Positions 34,242 to 45,111 of a stretch of DNA of 64,000 nt are shown in pieces. Positions within the stretch are counted from its first letter, which is position 1. Each line of letters begins with the position of its first letter. Source of the stretch: Candidatus Latescibacterota bacterium. Lineage in GTDB: Bacteria; Latescibacterota; UBA2968; UBA8231. The stretch covers positions 5,792,001 to 5,856,000 of the forward strand of contig OZ242214.1 of the NCBI GenBank assembly GCA_965206595.1, given 5' to 3'. The notes below the pieces were generated by a model that saw only the letters and a program-made list of their open reading frames with translations, was not told the origin of the DNA and ran no database searches. The translations under genes and the position numbers were made by a program.

Positions 34242-35089
34242 TGCCGTTCCGCTCCCGGAAGCGCACCGACAGGGCCCTCGATCTGCTGACCATGCTGCTG
34301 ATCGCCGGGACGGTCCTGTTCTCGCTCTTTCCGCTCGCCTGGACCTTCCTGACCTCCCTGAAGCGCGAGGAGGACATCGTCACCCGCGTCCTCCAGTACG
34401 TGCCGCGGCGCATCACCTTCGACAACTACGCGACCTTGTGGCGGCAATCCGACTTTCCCACGCTCGTCGCCAACAGCGCCGTGGTCACGTCGATCACCTG
34501 CCTGATCTGCCTCGCCGTCGGCACCCTGGCGGCCTACAGCTTCTCGCGCTATCGCTTCCGGGGGCGCGCTCGCCTGCTGATCTTCTACCTGGTGGTCCGG
34601 ATGTTCCCGGTCGTGCTGCTGATCATCCCGATGTTCGTGATGATGCGGGACCTGGGACTGCTCGATTCCCGCTTCGGCCTGGCGCTCGCCTACACCGCCT
34701 TCCTGGTACCGCTGTGCATCTGGATGCTGAAGGGCTTTTTCGACGCGATACCGGGTGAGCTCGAGGACGCCGCCCGCATCGACGGCTGCACCCGCCTGGG
34801 GGCCCTGTGGCGCATCGTGCTGCCGCTCGCCCGCCCCGGCCTGGCGACGACGGCGGTGTTCATAGCCATCGCCGCATGGAACGAGTTCCTGTTCGCCATG
34901 ATGATGACGACGAGCCAGGGCTCGCGCACCTGGCCGGTCGGGCTGCAGCTGATGGTGGGCGAGTTCCAGCTGCCGTGGGGGCCGCTGAGCGCCGGAGGGG
35001 TCATCACCGTCGTCCCCATCGTGCTGTTCTTCGCGATCGTGCAGCGATCGCTGATTCGCGGCCTCACCTCGGGGGCCGTCAAAGGATAG
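34241..35089 (+). CDS. Carbohydrate ABC permease
   Basis: ELEDAARIDGC, AWNEFLFA, GLTSGAVKG. Confidence 0.94.
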   Translation: MPFRSRKRTDRALDLLTMLLIAGTVLFSLFPLAWTFLTSLKREEDIVTRVLQYVPRRITFDNYATLWRQSDFPTLVANSAVVTSITCLICLAVGTLAAYSFSRYRFRGRARLLIFYLVVRMFPVVLLIIPMFVMMRDLGLLDSRFGLALAYTAFLVPLCIWMLKGFFDAIPGELEDAARIDGCTRLGALWRIVLPLARPGLATTAVFIAIAAWNEFLFAMMMTTSQGSRTWPVGLQLMVGEFQLPWGPLSAGGVITVVPIVLFFAIVQRSLIRGLTSGAVKG

Positions 35090-35096
35090 GAGAGAG

Positions 35097-36368
35097 ATGT
35101 CCGGTTTCGAGCGCGGCTGGAACCGCCGCGAATTCATCAGGACGACCGCCCTGTCGAGCGCGGGCCTGGGACTGGCCGCCTGCGGCGGAGACGGCGGGCA
35201 GGGACTCTCCGGTGCGCGCATCAACTACTGGCACCACTTCACGAACCAGACCGAGATGAAGGGTCTGCGGGAAGTGATGGCGATGTTCTCGGGCGGGCAC
35301 CCCGGCATCGAGCTCGTGCAGGAGAACATTCCCAACAAGGACTTCATGGCGAAGTTCACCGCCGCGGTGCAGGCCGGCACGCGTCCGCACACGACGATGG
35401 TGACCAGCGACCGGCTGGGAAACATGGTGGCCATGGGGGGTCTCGTCGACCTGGCCGAGCGCGTCGGCCGCTGGGAGCTGAAAGCGCACTTTCCCGAGGA
35501 CCGCTGGGCGGGGGTGTCGGTCGACGACGCCATATACGGCGTGCCGGCCTTCGCCTTCGTCGACTGGATGTACTACCGCAAGGACTGGTTCGAAGAGGCC
35601 GGGATCGCCGGACCGCCGGCGACGCTGGAGGAGTTTCAGGAAGCGGCCATCAAGCTGACCGACCCGGCGCGGGGGCGGTACGGCTTCGGCATGCGCGCCG
35701 GGGACGGCGGCCACAACCACGTCATCGACGTGATCGAGGCGTTCGGGTCGCCGATCGTGGCCGGGGGAAAACCGGCTATCGACGCGGCCAGGGCAGCCGA
35801 TGCCCTGCGCTTCTACTCCGAGCTCTACACCACTCACAAGGTGGTGCCGCCGAGCGCCCCGAACGACAGCTACCGCCAGATCATGGAGGCGTTTCGCACC
35901 GGCCAGACCGGGATGCTGTGGCACGGCACCGGATCGCTCACCGAGGTGCAGCGCTCGTTGGGGCCGGAGCAGTTCATGACCGCCCTGAAACCGGCCGGTC
36001 CGGAGGCCCTGGTCACGCGCCTCGGATACCTGTACAACGGGCTGATGAAGGAGGAGGACGCCGAAGCCTCCTGGGACTGGGTGAGCTACTGGGGGCAGAT
36101 CGATCCCACCGTGAGGTTCATGGAGATCACCGGGTACTTTCCCGCATCGGCGCAGGTGGCCGCCGACCCGCGCGTCACGGCCAACCCGTATTTCGCCGTC
36201 GCCATTGAAGCGGTGAAACGGGGCAGGTTGCCGCTGCAGTTCGTCGGCGCCGAGGCTTGGGGCCGGCATACGGTCCTGCCCGCGTTTCAGAAGATCCTCA
36301 CCGGGGAATCGACCCCCGAACAGGCGGTGGACGAGATGGCGGAAGGGCTGGACCGGATTCTCAGTTGA
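35097..36368 (+). CDS. Sugar ABC substrate-binding lipoprotein with Tat signal
   Basis: NRREFI twin-arginine motif, LAAC lipobox, YYRKDWFEEAG. Confidence 0.93.
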   Translation: MSGFERGWNRREFIRTTALSSAGLGLAACGGDGGQGLSGARINYWHHFTNQTEMKGLREVMAMFSGGHPGIELVQENIPNKDFMAKFTAAVQAGTRPHTTMVTSDRLGNMVAMGGLVDLAERVGRWELKAHFPEDRWAGVSVDDAIYGVPAFAFVDWMYYRKDWFEEAGIAGPPATLEEFQEAAIKLTDPARGRYGFGMRAGDGGHNHVIDVIEAFGSPIVAGGKPAIDAARAADALRFYSELYTTHKVVPPSAPNDSYRQIMEAFRTGQTGMLWHGTGSLTEVQRSLGPEQFMTALKPAGPEALVTRLGYLYNGLMKEEDAEASWDWVSYWGQIDPTVRFMEITGYFPASAQVAADPRVTANPYFAVAIEAVKRGRLPLQFVGAEAWGRHTVLPAFQKILTGESTPEQAVDEMAEGLDRILS

Positions 36369-37374
36369 GGCCGGAGCCCTGATCCGCAAGCACCACCTCC
36401 CTGCCGCTGCGGGACGACTCCATGCAGGCGGTCATCACCGCCACCAGGTGGCGGGCGTAGTCGGCGGTCACCGGCGGCTCGGTTCCCGCGTCGACCGCGG
36501 CGACGAACTCCTGCAGCTGCCGCGTCATCATGTCGTGGGTCCCGGTGACTTCAACCTTCTCCCAGTCCCCGCTCCCGTCCCTGCCGATGAAGAGGTCGTC
36601 GTTCCCGGACTCGATTCCGTTGCGCAGCTGAATCATCCCCCCGGTGCACACGAGCTCGGTGCTGAAGCGCCGTCCGCCGGTCTTCCACCACACGTGAATC
36701 AGCGTCGAGTACACGCCGTTCTCGAACTGCAGCAGGGCCATCGCCACGTCGTCCGCGGAGAATTCGAAGAAGCGGCTGTCGACCAGCGCCTTGACGGCGG
36801 CGACGCGGCTGCCCGTCCACCAGCAGGAGCGGTCGATCAGGTGGACGCCGTTCTGGTACCACAGTCCGCCGTGGGTCGCCTTGTCGAGGTACCAGGGCTG
36901 CCTGTCGGGATTGTACGGCCGGTAACCCTCGTCGCAGAGGCAGACGAGGTCTCCGAGGTCGCGCTCTTCCAGGAGTTTTTTGACGACCGTGTTCGCGGGA
37001 TGGAAGCGGTGCATATGGCCGACGGAGAGCTGTTTCCCGGCCGTATGCGCGGCTGCGATCATGGCGTCGCACTGCTCGACGCTGACCGCCATCGGCTTTT
37101 CGACGAGGACGTCCTTGCCGGCCTCCAGGGCGGCGACCGTGGCTTCGCAGTGCAGGCCGTGGGGAAGGCAGACGATGGCGATGTCGACGTCGCCGCAGGC
37201 GAGCAGGTCTCCGTAGTCGGCATACCCCCGGCAGCCGTGCGCATTGCAGGCCCCCGCCAGGCGTCCCGCGTCGGTGTCGGCGGCCGCCACCAACCGCGTG
37301 GACTCGAGAGCCGTGGCGGCCCGCATGTGGGCCTGGGCTATGCTGCCTGCCCCGATGATTCCGATTCCGTGCAT
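36361..37374 (-). CDS. Gfo/Idh/MocA family oxidoreductase
   Basis: GIIGAGSIA, VLVEKPMA, NGVHLID. Confidence 0.94.
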   Translation of the reverse strand: MHGIGIIGAGSIAQAHMRAATALESTRLVAAADTDAGRLAGACNAHGCRGYADYGDLLACGDVDIAIVCLPHGLHCEATVAALEAGKDVLVEKPMAVSVEQCDAMIAAAHTAGKQLSVGHMHRFHPANTVVKKLLEERDLGDLVCLCDEGYRPYNPDRQPWYLDKATHGGLWYQNGVHLIDRSCWWTGSRVAAVKALVDSRFFEFSADDVAMALLQFENGVYSTLIHVWWKTGGRRFSTELVCTGGMIQLRNGIESGNDDLFIGRDGSGDWEKVEVTGTHDMMTRQLQEFVAAVDAGTEPPVTADYARHLVAVMTACMESSRSGREVVLADQGSGLN

Positions 37375-37699
37375 TCCGATCCTCCCGTTGGAGTTGTCAC
37401 CAGCCCGTTGCCAACGTAACCCCGCACGCTTCCGCCCTTCAAGCGTTCGGGCCGGGGCAAGTTCCATTCCGGCTGCACCGTTCGGGCTGCCGGCCTTCGA
37501 CGGCGGTTGCCCCGCCCAGGCGGCAAGGCGACTTTCCCGGCGTTCTTCAGGGACAACGTCGGTACCGGTGCATCCGGCGCGACGGAACCTGCGGTGCGTC
37601 CGGTTCGGGGGCCGCCTCCATGAATCCGGCCTGCGCCAATCTCATCCTGCGCCAGGAGCATCGGCGACCTCGTTCACCCATCCAGCAGACAGGTCGAAC

Positions 37700-38530
37700 A
37701 TGAGCCAACCCACCTCGCAATCCCCCCTCGGCGGCCAGGTCGCCGTCGTCACCGGAGCCGCCCAGGGCCTGGGCCTGGCAACCAGTCAACGCCTCGCAGG
37801 GGACGGAGCCCACGTGGTCCTCGCCGACCTGCAGCTCGACAGGGCGGAAACCGAAGCGGCGCAGCTGCGCTCCTGCGGCCTCGCCGCCAGCGGCGCCGAG
37901 CTCGACGTCGCCGACAGCGCCGCGGTCGACGCCTTCTTCTCCGAAGTGCGCTCGCGGCACGGCCGCGTCGACATCCTCGCCAACAGCGCCGGCGTCGGGC
38001 AGAACGTCTGCCCGGTCAGCGAGCTCGGCGACGAAGAGTGGGACCGCGTCCTCCGGGTCACCCTGACCGGCACCTTCCACTGCTGCCGCGCCGCCGCCCG
38101 CATCATGGAGGAGCAGGAGTCGGGCAGCATCGTCAACTTCGCCTCGATCAACGGCCAGAACCCGGCCGCCCTGGTCAGCGCCTACAACGTCGCCAAGGCG
38201 GGGGTCATCAGCCTCACCCGGACCCTGGCGGTCGAGCTGGCCGCGTACGGGGTGCGCGTCAACGCGGTCGCTCCCGGGCCGGTGTACACCGCTTTCAACC
38301 AGCGCAACATGGCGATGCGCAGCAGCAGCCTGGGGATCTCGGAGGAGGAGATGATCGAGCGGGTGCGCCAGGCGATCCCGCTGGGGCGCTGGGGGGAGCC
38401 GCAGGATATCGCCCAGGCGGTGGCCTACCTATGCAGCCCCGACGCCGGCTGGATGACGGGCGAGGTCCTGCGCGTCAGCGGCGGTCTCGAAGGGGTGTCG
38501 GCGGCCCCCCCGAAGAGAGAGAAAGGGTGA
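37700..38530 (+). CDS. Short-chain dehydrogenase/reductase
   Basis: TGAAQGLG, NSAG, YNVAK, VNAVAPG. Confidence 0.95.
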   Translation: MSQPTSQSPLGGQVAVVTGAAQGLGLATSQRLAGDGAHVVLADLQLDRAETEAAQLRSCGLAASGAELDVADSAAVDAFFSEVRSRHGRVDILANSAGVGQNVCPVSELGDEEWDRVLRVTLTGTFHCCRAAARIMEEQESGSIVNFASINGQNPAALVSAYNVAKAGVISLTRTLAVELAAYGVRVNAVAPGPVYTAFNQRNMAMRSSSLGISEEEMIERVRQAIPLGRWGEPQDIAQAVAYLCSPDAGWMTGEVLRVSGGLEGVSAAPPKREKG

Positions 38531-38746
38531 GTGCGGAACCGTCCGGAGCCGGGGAATCTTCCGGATCGCGGGAACCAGCGCCGCGGTTCCATTCGTGGAG
38601 CCATCTCCGGTGTTCCGGGGGAGAAACCTGTCTCGCGGGGCTGCCTGGGCTCGCCGTGCATCCCCCGGGAGCTGCGGCGACGCCGATAACCCGGCGCTTC
38701 GCGGCTACGTGCCCGCGGCGGCTCGAGCGCCCCCGGCCTGGCCTGA

Positions 38747-41182
38747 ATGTCCCAGAGTGAACCAGCTCGCAGGCCCGTGAAGGAATCCTCGCCAGCTGCC
38801 GCCCGCGGCTTTCTCCTCCACGTCTTCCACCGCACCCAGGGGCCTGCCACCGTCCTCTTCGGAGTGGGCCGGCTCGAGTCCGGCGAGACCTTCGCTTTCG
38901 CCGACCACCGCGATCCGCCCGCCTTCTACGTGCGCGCCGGGGACGCCGCGGCTGCCCGCGTCTGCGCCGGCAGCGACGACACGGTCGAGCCCTGCGACTG
39001 GACGACGATGGACGGCGAGCCGGTGGTGCGGGTGCGCAGCCGCCGTCTCAACGGCCTGCGTCAGGTCGCCCGGCGCCTTCACCGGGAGGAAGTCCGCACC
39101 TACGAGGCGGACGTCGGCCTGGGGCGCCGCTACCTCGCCGACCGCGGCATCGCCGGGCCGGTGGAGATTTCGGGGACGTGGCGCCCCGGCACCGGGGTCG
39201 ACCGCGTGTACGTCGACCCGGAGCTCAAGCCCGGGGACTGGGTGCCGGAGCTTTCCGTGCTCGCCCTCGACATCGAGACCACCCCGGACGCCTCCGAGGT
39301 CCTGGCCGCCTCCCTGGTCGGCAGCGGAACAGCCGCCGGGGTGGAAGAGGTCCACATCGCCGGAGCCCCGGCCGCGGGGGATCCGGACTACCTGAGCTGT
39401 CACGACGGGGAGCGCGCCCTGCTGACCGCCCTCGGGGACCGCATCCGCGAGCTCGACCCCGACGTGCTGACCGGGTGGAACCTCGTCGACTTCGACCTCA
39501 CCGTGCTGCAGCGGCGCTTCCGCGCCCTGGCGCTTCCGTTCAACCTCGGGCGCAGCAGCGACTCCTCGTGGTACCAGGAGGGGGAGATCTGGGGCGGCAG
39601 CCGCATGGTCGTCCACGGCCGCCAGGTGCTCGACGCACTGCACTTGGTGCGGGGGACGCTGCAGCGCTTCGACGACTACCGCCTCGAAACCGTGGCGCGC
39701 CAGATCCTGGGGCGGGGCAAGCGGTTCGCGGCCGGCAGCGACGCCGGCGAGAGCATGCCGGAGGTCATCCTGCGGGCCTACCGCGAGGACCGGACCGCTT
39801 TCTGCGACTACTGCCTCGAGGACTCGCGGCTGGTGCGCGACATCCTCGAAGCGGAGGGGCTTATCGAGCTCACCCTGCGGCGCAGCGTCCTGACCGGGCT
39901 GCCGCTGGAGCGGGCCTGGGGTTCGGTGGCGGCGTTCGACTTCCTCTACATCAGCGAGCTGCACAAGCGCGGCAAGGTCGCCCCGACCAACGGCGTCGAC
40001 CGCGCCGATCTCGGAGGGGCTCCGGGCGGCCTGGTGATGCCGGCCTCCGCCGGCCTCTACCGCAACGTCTTCGTCTTCGATTTCAAGAGCCTGTACCCGA
40101 CGATCATCCGCACCTTCAACATCGATCCGCTAGCCCACATCGAGGCGCGCATCCGCGAAGGGGTTGCGGACGACGAGGTCATCACCGCTCCCAACGGGGC
40201 GCGCTTCGCGCGCGAGCCGGGAATACTGCCGCGGTTGCTCGAGCGCTTCTTCGAAAGCCGCGACCGCGCCAAGGCCGCCGGAGACGAGCTGGCGTCGTTC
40301 GCCTACAAGATCGTGATGAATTCCTTCTACGGAGTGCTGGCGGCCGAGTCCTGCCGGTTCGCCGAAGGGCAGCTCGCCGGCGCCATCACCGGGTTCGGGC
40401 ATTACTTCCTGCGCTGGACCCGGGACCTGCTGCAGGAGAACGGCTGCCGCGTCCTTTACGGCGACACCGACTCCGTCTTCGTCGACGCGGGCCTGCCGGA
40501 AGACATCGACCCTGCCGAGGGGATCGAGCGGGGCCGCGAGCTGTGCGCCTGCATCAACGGCCGCCTCGCCGAGCATATCGAGGCGGAGCACGGGGTGCGG
40601 TCGGTCCTCGATCTGGAGTTCGAGAAGCTCTACCTGCGCTTCTTCCTGCCGCCGGTCCGCGACGGCGGCGACCGTGGCCGCGCCAAGGGGTACGCCGGGG
40701 TGCGGGCCGGGAACTCGGGGGCCGAAGAGGTCGAGATCGTCGGCATGGAGGCGGTGCGCCGCGACTGGACCGACCTGGCGCGCAACCTGCAGCGCCGGCT
40801 GCTGGCGCTGCTGTTCGGCGACGCCCCGGGGGAGCAGATCGAGGCGGAGGTAGGGGAGTGGATCCGCTCCGTTCGGGCCGGAGAGCGGGACGGCGAGCTC
40901 GTCTACCGCAAAGCCCTGCGCAAACCGGTCGAGAGCTACACCAGCACGAGCCCGCCGCACGTGACCGCTGCCCGCATGCTGCCGAACCCTTCCGGACTGA
41001 TCCAGTACGTGATTACCCGGGACGGCCCGCAGCCGCTGGGGCGCGTCAGGGCGCCGCTGGACTACGAGCATTACGTCGAAAAGCAGGTCGCCCCGATCGC
41101 GCGCACCATCGGACAGGTGTGCGACCTCGATGTCGAGGCCGCGGTCACCGGCACGCAGGATCTGTTCCGGTCGCTGAGGTAG
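38747..41182 (+). CDS. polB: Family B DNA polymerase (DNA polymerase II)
   Basis: Exo I DIET, TGWN..FD, FDFKSLYP, K..MNSFYG, YGDTDS, RRDW. Confidence 0.95.
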   Translation: MSQSEPARRPVKESSPAAARGFLLHVFHRTQGPATVLFGVGRLESGETFAFADHRDPPAFYVRAGDAAAARVCAGSDDTVEPCDWTTMDGEPVVRVRSRRLNGLRQVARRLHREEVRTYEADVGLGRRYLADRGIAGPVEISGTWRPGTGVDRVYVDPELKPGDWVPELSVLALDIETTPDASEVLAASLVGSGTAAGVEEVHIAGAPAAGDPDYLSCHDGERALLTALGDRIRELDPDVLTGWNLVDFDLTVLQRRFRALALPFNLGRSSDSSWYQEGEIWGGSRMVVHGRQVLDALHLVRGTLQRFDDYRLETVARQILGRGKRFAAGSDAGESMPEVILRAYREDRTAFCDYCLEDSRLVRDILEAEGLIELTLRRSVLTGLPLERAWGSVAAFDFLYISELHKRGKVAPTNGVDRADLGGAPGGLVMPASAGLYRNVFVFDFKSLYPTIIRTFNIDPLAHIEARIREGVADDEVITAPNGARFAREPGILPRLLERFFESRDRAKAAGDELASFAYKIVMNSFYGVLAAESCRFAEGQLAGAITGFGHYFLRWTRDLLQENGCRVLYGDTDSVFVDAGLPEDIDPAEGIERGRELCACINGRLAEHIEAEHGVRSVLDLEFEKLYLRFFLPPVRDGGDRGRAKGYAGVRAGNSGAEEVEIVGMEAVRRDWTDLARNLQRRLLALLFGDAPGEQIEAEVGEWIRSVRAGERDGELVYRKALRKPVESYTSTSPPHVTAARMLPNPSGLIQYVITRDGPQPLGRVRAPLDYEHYVEKQVAPIARTIGQVCDLDVEAAVTGTQDLFRSLR

Positions 41183-41422
41183 CGGCCGTTTCCGGCATGC
41201 CCCCAGGCGGTGGCCGGCAACCGCCTCGCCGTGGCGCGCCCGGCCTTTACCACGGGGGCGGCCAGCCCGCTCCAGGCGGCGCGGATCTCCCGGTTCCCGG
41301 CGCGGCGATCCTCCAGGCCGGCCGGTGGCTTTTGTCCCCTTCCTGGCGGAACTCCGCGGCGACCACCGGCAAATCGGCGAAGGGGCCCTCGTTGCGGTAC
41401 ATCATCGTGCGGACGCCGCCAG

Positions 41423-42385
41423 TCAGAACTTCAGGACCACCTTGACCGCCTCTTCTTCCTCGGGGCGGAGGAAGGCGGTCTCGAACCCCTGCTGGATCTG
41501 CTCGAACGGGAGCAGGTGCGTCAGGATCGGGGTGACGTCGAGGCGCCCCTCGGTGATCCACTGGAGCGCGACGGTGTAGTCCAGCCCCGGGTTGGGCCCC
41601 ACCGAGGCGATGAGTCGGGTCTCGTTGACGAACCAGCTGCGGAACTCGAGCGGTATGACCCCCTCGTGGTTGTCCTTGTCAGGGACCCCGAAGCTGACCA
41701 GGGTGCCGCCGCGCTTCAGCAGGCCGGCGGCGAGGTTGAGGGTCTCGGCCGCACCCACCGCTTCGACGGCGCAGTCCGCCATCTCGGCGCCCGTCAGCTC
41801 GGTTACCGCGGCGCGCACGTCCTCGGCCGCGGGGTCGATCACATGGGTCGCCCCCATCCTTTCTGCTACCCGCAGCCGGTGGCGGTTGGGGTCGATGGCG
41901 ACGATGCGGCGGGCTCCGAGATTGCGCAGGCAGGCGTTGAACAGCTGCCCCACCGGGCCCTGACCGATGACGGCCACGTCCTTGTTTATGAGATTGCCCA
42001 GCTTGTAGAAACAGTGGATGACGGTGCCGAGAAGCTGGCTCATCAGGATGACTTCCAGCTTGCCGCCTGCCGGCAGCCGCACCACCCCTTCATCCCGGGC
42101 GAGCACGTACTCCTGAAACAGGCCGCGGTCGAAATGGGAGAGCAGCACCCGCACCCCCTCGGCGTAGCGCCCGGAGGGGCAGGCTTCGACGATCCCCATG
42201 CCCTCGTGCCCGGTATCGCCCGGCTCCAGCGGGTAGGAGGGGTGCCCGCCCCAGAAGGACGGCCTGTCGGTTCCGCAGATGGCGACCCGCTCCAGACGGA
42301 CCAGCATGTTGCCGTTCGCTGCCTCGGGCCTTTCGACCTCGATCAGCTTCCAGGTGCGTGGTTGCACCAGTTGTGCCGCGCGCAA
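41423..42385 (-). CDS. Zinc-binding medium-chain dehydrogenase
   Basis: ICGTD, GHEG.G, GQGPVG. Confidence 0.92.
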   Translation of the reverse strand: MRAAQLVQPRTWKLIEVERPEAANGNMLVRLERVAICGTDRPSFWGGHPSYPLEPGDTGHEGMGIVEACPSGRYAEGVRVLLSHFDRGLFQEYVLARDEGVVRLPAGGKLEVILMSQLLGTVIHCFYKLGNLINKDVAVIGQGPVGQLFNACLRNLGARRIVAIDPNRHRLRVAERMGATHVIDPAAEDVRAAVTELTGAEMADCAVEAVGAAETLNLAAGLLKRGGTLVSFGVPDKDNHEGVIPLEFRSWFVNETRLIASVGPNPGLDYTVALQWITEGRLDVTPILTHLLPFEQIQQGFETAFLRPEEEEAVKVVLKF

Positions 42386-42569
42386 TGATGCTCCGTTCGA
42401 CGATCAGGTTTCTGAAAAGGGGAAATCTCTAACTTCGGCGGACCTTGTAGCGGGTCAAGTTGCGGCGGTGCATCGATTTTTGACGATCCCCTTCCCGGCG
42501 CTACATTCACGCGGCGACACGGCCGCTGCATCGGAATGCAGCACCCATTCCCGCATCCTCGAGAACCGC

Positions 42570-43133
42570 ATGGTCACCATATCGGAAACCGCCCGGCAGA
42601 AGATCGTCGAGCTGATGGAGAAGAGCGAAAATCCCGTCAAGGGGCTGCGTATCGCCGCCAAGGCCGTGTCCCCCCTGAAGGTCGATTTCCGCATGGCCTT
42701 TCTCGGCGAGGAGTACGAGGGCGGCGAAGAGGTGATACCCTTCGACGGCTTCGATCTCTACGTCGACGACGAGAGCCGCCCCCTCGTGCAGGAAGCGGCG
42801 ATAGATTACGTCGACGGCCTGATGGGCAGCGGCTTCAAGATCGACACGCCAACGAAAAAGCCGGAACTGTCCGGTCCGCTGGCCGACAAGGTCCAGACCG
42901 TGATCGAGCAGCAGATCAACCCCGCGGTGGCCTCGCACGGGGGCTTCGTCTCCCTGATCGACGTCAAGGACAAGGTCGTCTACCTCGAGATGGGCGGCGG
43001 CTGCCAGGGCTGCGGCATGGCCAACGTCACCTTGCGGCAGGGGATCGAGGTGATGATCAAGAAAGCGGTTCCCGAGGTGGAGGAGATCCGCGACGTCACC
43101 GAGCACGCCGGCGGCGAGAACCCCTTTTATTAG
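42570..43133 (+). CDS. nfuA: Fe-S carrier NfuA (degenerate A-type domain + NifU-C)
   Basis: IDYVDGLMGSGFKID, INPAVASHGG, GGGCQGCG. Confidence 0.9.
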   Translation: MVTISETARQKIVELMEKSENPVKGLRIAAKAVSPLKVDFRMAFLGEEYEGGEEVIPFDGFDLYVDDESRPLVQEAAIDYVDGLMGSGFKIDTPTKKPELSGPLADKVQTVIEQQINPAVASHGGFVSLIDVKDKVVYLEMGGGCQGCGMANVTLRQGIEVMIKKAVPEVEEIRDVTEHAGGENPFY

Positions 43134-43286
43134 ACCCTTTCCCGGTGCTCCCCGACTCGAGCTCGCTTGCGCCGGGAAGCACTCCTCGCGGCATGAGTCC
43201 GCGACCCTGAAATCACTTCAGGCAGTCCTCCTTACCGAACCTTGGTAGCGAGCGGAGGCCGGCCTCCAACCCGAAGGAGATGCCTC

Positions 43287-43661
43287 ATGCGACAAGCGGT
43301 GCTGTTGGCGCTCGCGGTACTGGTAGCAGTGGGATGCGGTGTAAGCGATCAGGACAAGAAGGCCCTCGCCCGCGAGGTTCGCGACCTGATCCGCAGCATC
43401 GATGCGGAGACGCGGGGATTCGGCTCGGAACAGCAAGTGGTAGAGCGATTCCTCGAGCGGCGAGTAAAGGAATTCGACGAACTGAAGGCCTCCCTGGAGA
43501 AAACCCTGGGCGGCGACAAGGCGGAGAACTTCGACCGCTTCTACCTGCAGGGGCTGCTCGACGAGCTCGAGAAAAAGGGGGACGATCTCGGCTTCGAGCA
43601 GGCCAAACGCGCGACCCTCAAACGCCTCGATCAGCTCAGGAGCCGCGTCGAGAAGCTGTGA
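43287..43661 (+). CDS. Small helical lipoprotein, unknown function
   Basis: AGGAG RBS, hydrophobic signal with VAVGC lipobox. Confidence 0.75.
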   Translation: MRQAVLLALAVLVAVGCGVSDQDKKALAREVRDLIRSIDAETRGFGSEQQVVERFLERRVKEFDELKASLEKTLGGDKAENFDRFYLQGLLDELEKKGDDLGFEQAKRATLKRLDQLRSRVEKL

Positions 43662-43764
43662 GGCACCGGCTCCGCCCGTCTTGGGGCCCGGGGGCAATAG
43701 TTCCGCCGGGTCTCCGCAGGCGCCGGTCCGTTTCGACCCTCCGCACCTTCCGCTCGATTCGCGA

Positions 43765-44985
43765 ATGCTGACTCCCGAAGAGGCGCAACAGATCGTCCTG
43801 GGGCACGTCCGCCCGCTCGGGATCGAGCGCGTCCCCCTGCTCGATGCGCTCGGCCGCCTCCTCGCCGCCGACGTCCACGCGACCTACGACAGTCCCCCTC
43901 TCGACAACTCGGCCATGGACGGGTACGCCGTCCGCCACGAGGACGTGAAGGATGCGTCGGCAGAGGCCCCGGCCGTACTCGAGGTGATCGAGGACATACC
44001 GGCCGGCCGCATCGGCCGCAAGACGGTGGCCCCAGGCCAGACGAGCCGCATCATGACCGGCGCCCCCGTTCCCGCCGGCGCCGACACCGTCATCCGCGTC
44101 GAGGACACGCGCGCCGCGGGCAGCCGCGTCGAAATCCTGGAAGGAGACGATCTCGGGGCCAACATCCGCCGCCGCGGCGAGGACATGAAGCTGGGGGAGA
44201 AGCTGATCGCGGCGGGGACCGAGCTGGGGCCGGGGGAGCTGGGGGTGCTCGCCACCGTGCAGCGGACCTTCGTGCCCGTTCACCGACGCCCGCGGCTCGC
44301 CGTCCTCTCGACAGGAGACGAGCTCGTCGAGATCGACGAGCCCCTCGAGCCGGGCAAGATCGTCAACAGCAACACCGCCACCCTGGCGGCCATGGCCCGC
44401 GCCCACGGGGCCGAACCGGTGATGCTGCCGGTCGCGCCGGACGACGAGAACCGCATCCGGGAAGCGATCGAGACCGCCCTCGGCAGCGATTTCATCCTCT
44501 CTTCCGGGGGGGTGTCGGTCGGGGAGTACGACTTCGTCAAGAAGGTGCTGACCGATATGGGGGCCGAGGAGATCCTGTGGCGGGTGGCGATGAAGCCGGG
44601 AAAGCCGCTCTACTTCTGCCTGCTCAAAGGCAGGCCGTATTTCGGTCTTCCCGGAAACCCGGTTTCCGGCTGCATGTCCTTCCTGCAGTTCGTGCGCCCG
44701 GCAGTGCGCAAGGCTTCCGGGTACCCCCCGGAACAGCAGCTGCTGCCGACGGCGACCGCGCGCATGGAGAACGGCGAGGAGAACGACGGCGACCGCCGCC
44801 AGTACCTGCGCGCGCAGCTCAATTGGGAGAACGGCCTGCTCGGGGCGCGCACCGGCCACCGCGGCCAGGGCTCCCACATCCTCACCAGCATGCTCGGGGC
44901 CAACGGCGTCGTCGTTCTCGAGCCGGGCCAGAGGGTCACCGCCGGCGACGAGGTGACGGTCCAGGTCATCGGCAAGCTGTTGTAG
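43765..44985 (+). CDS. moeA: Molybdopterin molybdotransferase
   Basis: NSAMDGYA, RIMTGAP, STGDEL, SGGVSVG, KPGKP, LPGNP. Confidence 0.97.
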   Translation: MLTPEEAQQIVLGHVRPLGIERVPLLDALGRLLAADVHATYDSPPLDNSAMDGYAVRHEDVKDASAEAPAVLEVIEDIPAGRIGRKTVAPGQTSRIMTGAPVPAGADTVIRVEDTRAAGSRVEILEGDDLGANIRRRGEDMKLGEKLIAAGTELGPGELGVLATVQRTFVPVHRRPRLAVLSTGDELVEIDEPLEPGKIVNSNTATLAAMARAHGAEPVMLPVAPDDENRIREAIETALGSDFILSSGGVSVGEYDFVKKVLTDMGAEEILWRVAMKPGKPLYFCLLKGRPYFGLPGNPVSGCMSFLQFVRPAVRKASGYPPEQQLLPTATARMENGEENDGDRRQYLRAQLNWENGLLGARTGHRGQGSHILTSMLGANGVVVLEPGQRVTAGDEVTVQVIGKLL

Positions 44986-45111
44986 CGCCCTGCTTCGAAC
45001 CGCTCAAGCCGGCAGTTTCTGCGTTCACCAATCCCCTTCACGTTGCAGTCGGGCAACGAGTACGATTGTCCTGACCGTGAGAAGAGGAGACTTCTGACCA
45101 GGCCGGACAGC

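Noticed and set aside
38747-41182. polB as a marker of a phage or casposon-like element
   Set aside because: It looks like an ordinary DNA polymerase II among housekeeping genes with host-like composition and no mobile-element neighbours.
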